This document shows positions 7,700 through 11,082 of a stretch of DNA of 11,082 nucleotides, in pieces; within the stretch, counting starts at the first letter, position 1, and each line of letters begins with the position of its first letter. Made by a program: the position numbers and the translations under genes. Origin of the DNA: Promethearchaeota archaeon (GTDB taxonomy: Archaea > Asgardarchaeota > Lokiarchaeia > Sigyniarchaeales > SOKP01); contig SDNY01000118.1 of the NCBI GenBank assembly GCA_004524535.1, positions 1-11,082 on the forward strand. Reading direction: 5' to 3'. Under the pieces are notes generated by a model. That model saw nothing but the letters and a program-made list of their open reading frames with translations, was not told where the DNA came from and searched no databases.

Positions 7700-8548
7700 T
7701 TATTCTTCAAAATTTTCAACGAATTTAAATAATTGATATAACGGATATTTACCTTCAGGATCAGTGCCCTTCTTTTTTATATAATTGTATATATTACTAT
7801 GCAAAAAATTAATTAATTTATTCGCAATTTTCTCACAAATAGCTTTACATTCTAAAAAGTCAGCTGGAAGATATGGGCATTCTTTATTGATACGATTACA
7901 AAATTTTTTCATTTGTAGCGATAATCCTTCAGCAGATAATAGTTCAAAACGATCCCAAGTATCTTGAAAGCCTCCTAATTGACTCGGGGGGATTTTTTTT
8001 AATCTTTTTTTTAAATATTTACTAATATTCTTCGAATCCTTTGTCTGGATTTTGCCTATTCTATTGTTAACCTTATTTAGTTCTTTTTTTGCTTCAAGTT
8101 GACATAAATAAACATATTTTTGAAGCAATTTTTCTGCTTTAATTGCTTTTTCAGAATTAATTATCTTCCATCCATTTGCTCTTTTACAACTAATCTCTTT
8201 ATTCTCAGGATTAGAGAAATTTGTTGGATAAATCCAACACTGTGGAGGCTTAATCCCAGAATTATGTACTTTACAACCATTAATAGCATTATCGAATAAA
8301 AAACATTTCCCTGTAGATTCATCAAACCTCAATTGAAAGCTAAAAACATCGCTTCTAATAAAATCTCTTTTTTTCGCATAGCCTCTTTTAATATATTCTT
8401 TAGCTAATACCAGAGGTACATCAATCTTAATTGAACAGCAATCACCTCTACAAATGTTAGGATCTATACAATTAGGACCTTTTATTGCGGAATTCATTAG
8501 ATCATTATACTTCTCAACGATCGTCCAAAATGACGCATTATCTCTCAT
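7700..8548 (-). CDS. YkgJ-family (CxxCxxCC-type) putative Zn/Fe-chelating cysteine-cluster protein with C-terminal extension
   Basis: C-x5-C-x3-CC (CIDPNICRGDCC), CFLF...C.VH...KPPQCWIYP and a later Cys (ISCK) form the YkgJ signature. Confidence 0.82.
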   Translation of the reverse strand: MRDNASFWTIVEKYNDLMNSAIKGPNCIDPNICRGDCCSIKIDVPLVLAKEYIKRGYAKKRDFIRSDVFSFQLRFDESTGKCFLFDNAINGCKVHNSGIKPPQCWIYPTNFSNPENKEISCKRANGWKIINSEKAIKAEKLLQKYVYLCQLEAKKELNKVNNRIGKIQTKDSKNISKYLKKRLKKIPPSQLGGFQDTWDRFELLSAEGLSLQMKKFCNRINKECPYLPADFLECKAICEKIANKLINFLHSNIYNYIKKKGTDPEGKYPLYQLFKFVENFEE

Positions 8549-8676
8549 AAAAATGATTTATTTAAATACTTTTTTTTGCATAAATTTATATTTATTAAGA
8601 CTATTATTGATTTACTAAAATATTATCGTAAAAACATAACATAAGACACTAATTTTTTTAAATAACAAAATACACG

Positions 8677-10803
8677 ATGGTAAAAATGAGTGAATTAAAA
8701 AATTTAATCGTTATAGATATAACTGATTATGAAGATACAGTGTTATCCCCAACAGGGATAGGGGCAACTGATGCACATAATATAAAAGAGATTAAAGGAA
8801 AAGGAACTTTATTGATTAAAAATACATCTCAGAAAAGTAGGCTATGGAATTTAAGTTGTGACTTAAAAGAAACTATAAATACTAATTTGAATAAAGAGCT
8901 AAATGTAGGTGCCATAAATCCTAACCAGGAATTTAAACAGGAATATGAAATACAAAATTTAAAGGAACCTTGCTTAAAAGTCATTGAAACATTTGATGCT
9001 GAAAGAGATATTTCAGGTAAAATTAATAACGCATTTCTTTACGAAAACACAAATAAATGCAATTTAAAAATCGACCTTACAAATACATTGGAAATACCAT
9101 TCACAGAAATAACAGTAACAAAAGAAATTCCTCCACTTCTCCAAGATATTGATATTAAATCACCTAATGTTGGAAATGCGGAATTAGGACAAGAAGAAGG
9201 AAAAAAGATATTAACTTGGAAAATAGAGAATTTACCTCCAAAGCAAACCGCCACTCTTGAGGTGTTATGTATAGTTAATGTGAAGGAAAGAAAGGACCAA
9301 AATTTAGGTAATTTGAGAGTCAATTATTTAATCGATAATAAAATACTAACTCTGATAAAACCGGAAGTGCGAGGAGAAACGGATTCGATGAGCGGAGTTA
9401 CTAGAGAGGAAGGATCTAATCCCGCAACTTGGGATTGTAATGTCGAATTTATTAATGATTCTGAATTTAAAGTACGACTTGAATATGTTAAGGTTTCCCA
9501 TAATATCCCTACGGGCTCCGAAAATGTTGTTTCTGAAACCCCTAATATTGAACTGGATCCCGAACAGTCATGGGAAAAAGATTTCCTTGTTGACGGTCAA
9601 AATGTACCTGATTTAGCATCTGAAATTGAATTCACCCCATTATTTGGAGTAATTACTAGAGTAATAGGTGAGATTATAAAGGAACCAACCATTTATCACG
9701 TTTTAAGCACAGAAGTTCATAAAACGATTAATCCTCCAGAAGTAGCCGCATACGCTAATACTGATATGACTATTGTGAATAGCATTCCTAATTTAGGAAC
9801 ATCAAACATAGATCATCTTGAAATAATAGATGAAATACCACCAGATTTTGTTCCCCCCCTTAAGGATAAAGATTTAAAAATAGAAGTAAAAAATATGGGA
9901 GGGGTTTTTGAAATTCAAAATAAGGTAGAATTCATTGAAGCACTTGAGATTAATCCAGATGATCAAAATCCAGACTCTAAACATATAATTACTATTAGAT
10001 TAAAAGGTTTAAAAAGTCAAGTTCCCCCAAATTCTGAAATTTCTATGAGTTATCCTATTCTAGCAAGAAATCCTAAGCCTGAAGTCAGATATAATACACC
10101 AGTAGAGGTTAAAGCAAATGTTTTTATAAAAGGTAAAGAGTTTATAATAAGTCCTCCTGAAGAACCGGTAATAAACATCAAATATGTTGCGAGAAAGCTT
10201 AAAACACTTAAAAGTGTTAAACCAGGGCTTTCGGAAGGAGAGTTTAGTATTTCTGTTAGAATCCAAAATAAAGGAGATGTCGAATTAGAAAATATTGTTG
10301 TAACGGATGGTATTCCCTCTGGTTTTGCTTTAACTGAATTCACACCTCCCGTAGGTACTATTCATGAAAAAGGCAAAGAATCTGAGGTAAAAATAAAGAT
10401 TCCGGAATTACTAGGTGGAAAATCAATAAATATAAATTATAATTGCTCTGGTACAGGAGATTATCCTAGAACTGAACCTCACGTATTAGTCTTAGGTAGA
10501 GATAGTTCTGGTGAACTCAGTACTCCTTCTGAATCTATAAGTAAAACATTATCGAGATCAAAAGAAATTGAAATAGATGGTATATTTAATGAATTCACTA
10601 GAAAGATTAATGGTGGAATAAAAACCGATGAATTAGGTGCTTTATTAGAAGATAATATGGATAAATTACCCCCGGGGCCAGCTCGTCATCAATTTGCACA
10701 TTTTATTAAAGAGATAAAATCTATGGGTAATGTAGTTGTTGTGGGGAATATTAGCGATGAGATTTTATCTAAACTAAATGATCTCAGAAAAAATTATGCG
10801 TAA
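8677..10803 (+). CDS. 708-aa cytoplasmic multi-beta-sandwich protein: mu-homology-like N-terminal region, two DUF11-like Ig modules and a C-terminal helical bundle
   Basis: Long ORF (coding status secure) with no signal peptide or TM segment. Repeated K-T/S...N.G....n..i.D.IP.gF motifs at aa ~349-391 and ~512-550, a Ser-rich linker at aa 609-628, and an amphipathic helical tail. Domain names come from by-eye comparison. ATG 8686 is an alternative start. Confidence 0.7.
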   Translation: MVKMSELKNLIVIDITDYEDTVLSPTGIGATDAHNIKEIKGKGTLLIKNTSQKSRLWNLSCDLKETINTNLNKELNVGAINPNQEFKQEYEIQNLKEPCLKVIETFDAERDISGKINNAFLYENTNKCNLKIDLTNTLEIPFTEITVTKEIPPLLQDIDIKSPNVGNAELGQEEGKKILTWKIENLPPKQTATLEVLCIVNVKERKDQNLGNLRVNYLIDNKILTLIKPEVRGETDSMSGVTREEGSNPATWDCNVEFINDSEFKVRLEYVKVSHNIPTGSENVVSETPNIELDPEQSWEKDFLVDGQNVPDLASEIEFTPLFGVITRVIGEIIKEPTIYHVLSTEVHKTINPPEVAAYANTDMTIVNSIPNLGTSNIDHLEIIDEIPPDFVPPLKDKDLKIEVKNMGGVFEIQNKVEFIEALEINPDDQNPDSKHIITIRLKGLKSQVPPNSEISMSYPILARNPKPEVRYNTPVEVKANVFIKGKEFIISPPEEPVINIKYVARKLKTLKSVKPGLSEGEFSISVRIQNKGDVELENIVVTDGIPSGFALTEFTPPVGTIHEKGKESEVKIKIPELLGGKSININYNCSGTGDYPRTEPHVLVLGRDSSGELSTPSESISKTLSRSKEIEIDGIFNEFTRKINGGIKTDELGALLEDNMDKLPPGPARHQFAHFIKEIKSMGNVVVVGNISDEILSKLNDLRKNYA

Positions 10804-10863
10804 TTTCTTTCTTTTATAAAAAAAAAACTATAATTTTTCTTTTTTTATTTATTTTTTAATTTT
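10804..10863 (+). terminator. T-rich terminator region after the 708-aa gene
   Basis: Several T4-T7 runs immediately downstream of the stop codon. Confidence 0.45.
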
Positions 10864-10881
10864 ATGTTAGTTACACTCTAG

Positions 10882-10925
10882 TTTTGTCAGTAAATTTGCA
10901 CTTTATTTTTGTCAGTTTTTGTCAG
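10882..10925. repeat. Three direct copies of TTTTGTCAG
   Basis: Exact copies at 10882-10890, 10907-10915 and 10917-10925. Confidence 0.85.
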
Positions 10926-11004
10926 GTCTTTACTGATTTTCCTGATCATATTTTGTACGTATTATTTGGATTAAAATAAAAAAAAAAGGATTTAGGATTA
11001 GATC

Positions 11005-11082
11005 TTAAAGATCTATTGTTTTTAGGAGTTTTTCATGTAGGTAGACCAAGAGGTTCTTTCCATCGTTAATTTCCTGAACCTC
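11005..11082 (-). CDS. Probable 3' end of a CDS entering from the right edge (...EVQEINDGKNLLVYLHEKLLKTIDL*)
   Basis: Minus-strand frame open from 11082 to TAA at 11007-11005, followed by a minus-strand T10 tract (A run at 10978-10987). A second frame (RFRKLTMERTSWSTYMKNS*) cannot be excluded. Confidence 0.45.
   Translation of the reverse strand, partial: EVQEINDGKNLLVYLHEKLLKTIDL

Noticed and set aside
7107-7967. ORFs 7107-7346 (-) and 7785-7967 (+)
   Set aside because: Antisense to the membrane protein and YkgJ-like genes, with no independent support.
6361-8548. Mrr-like + membrane + Cys-cluster genes as an anti-phage defence operon
   Set aside because: The genes alternate in orientation with their own terminators, the nuclease motif is degenerate, and there is no methylase, ATPase or mobile context.
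9039-10343. Minus-strand ORFs 9039-9323, 10050-10343 and 10060-10266
   Set aside because: Shadows of the 708-aa CDS.
4618-10803. Rab-like GTPase and the mu-like protein as one trafficking gene cluster
   Set aside because: They are 3.5 kb apart on opposite strands with four unrelated genes between them. Small GTPases are numerous in such genomes, so proximity is weak evidence without conserved synteny.
10882-10925. CRISPR array or IS terminal repeat
   Set aside because: The 9-bp units with 16- and 1-nt gaps are far too short for CRISPR, and no transposase, matching second end or target duplication is visible.

Overview
AT-rich archaeal-type chromosomal window, most likely Asgard archaeal (Lokiarchaeia-like). 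This is inferred from a Rab-like small GTPase with WDFAGEERF/GGKAD motifs and no prenylation tail, oligo-T terminators, and mostly monocistronic genes of alternating orientation. Ten complete CDSs: thiolase, HAD 5'(3')-deoxyribonucleotidase-like protein, OYE-family NADH:flavin oxidoreductase, DUF1847 protein, Rab-like GTPase, MBL-fold hydrolase, degenerate Mrr-like domain, ~7-TM membrane protein, YkgJ-type Cys-cluster protein and a 708-aa beta-rich protein. There are also two probable edge-truncated CDSs and a small ORF missing from the track. The best candidate for something new is the 708-aa protein. By eye, its N-terminal half follows the motif order of the eukaryotic adaptor/coatomer mu-homology domain, followed by two DUF11-like Ig modules and a C-terminal helical bundle resembling the Vps28 C-terminal domain, with no signal peptide. 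These are manual comparisons against remembered sequences, not search results. No rRNA, tRNA, CRISPR array or transposase was seen.
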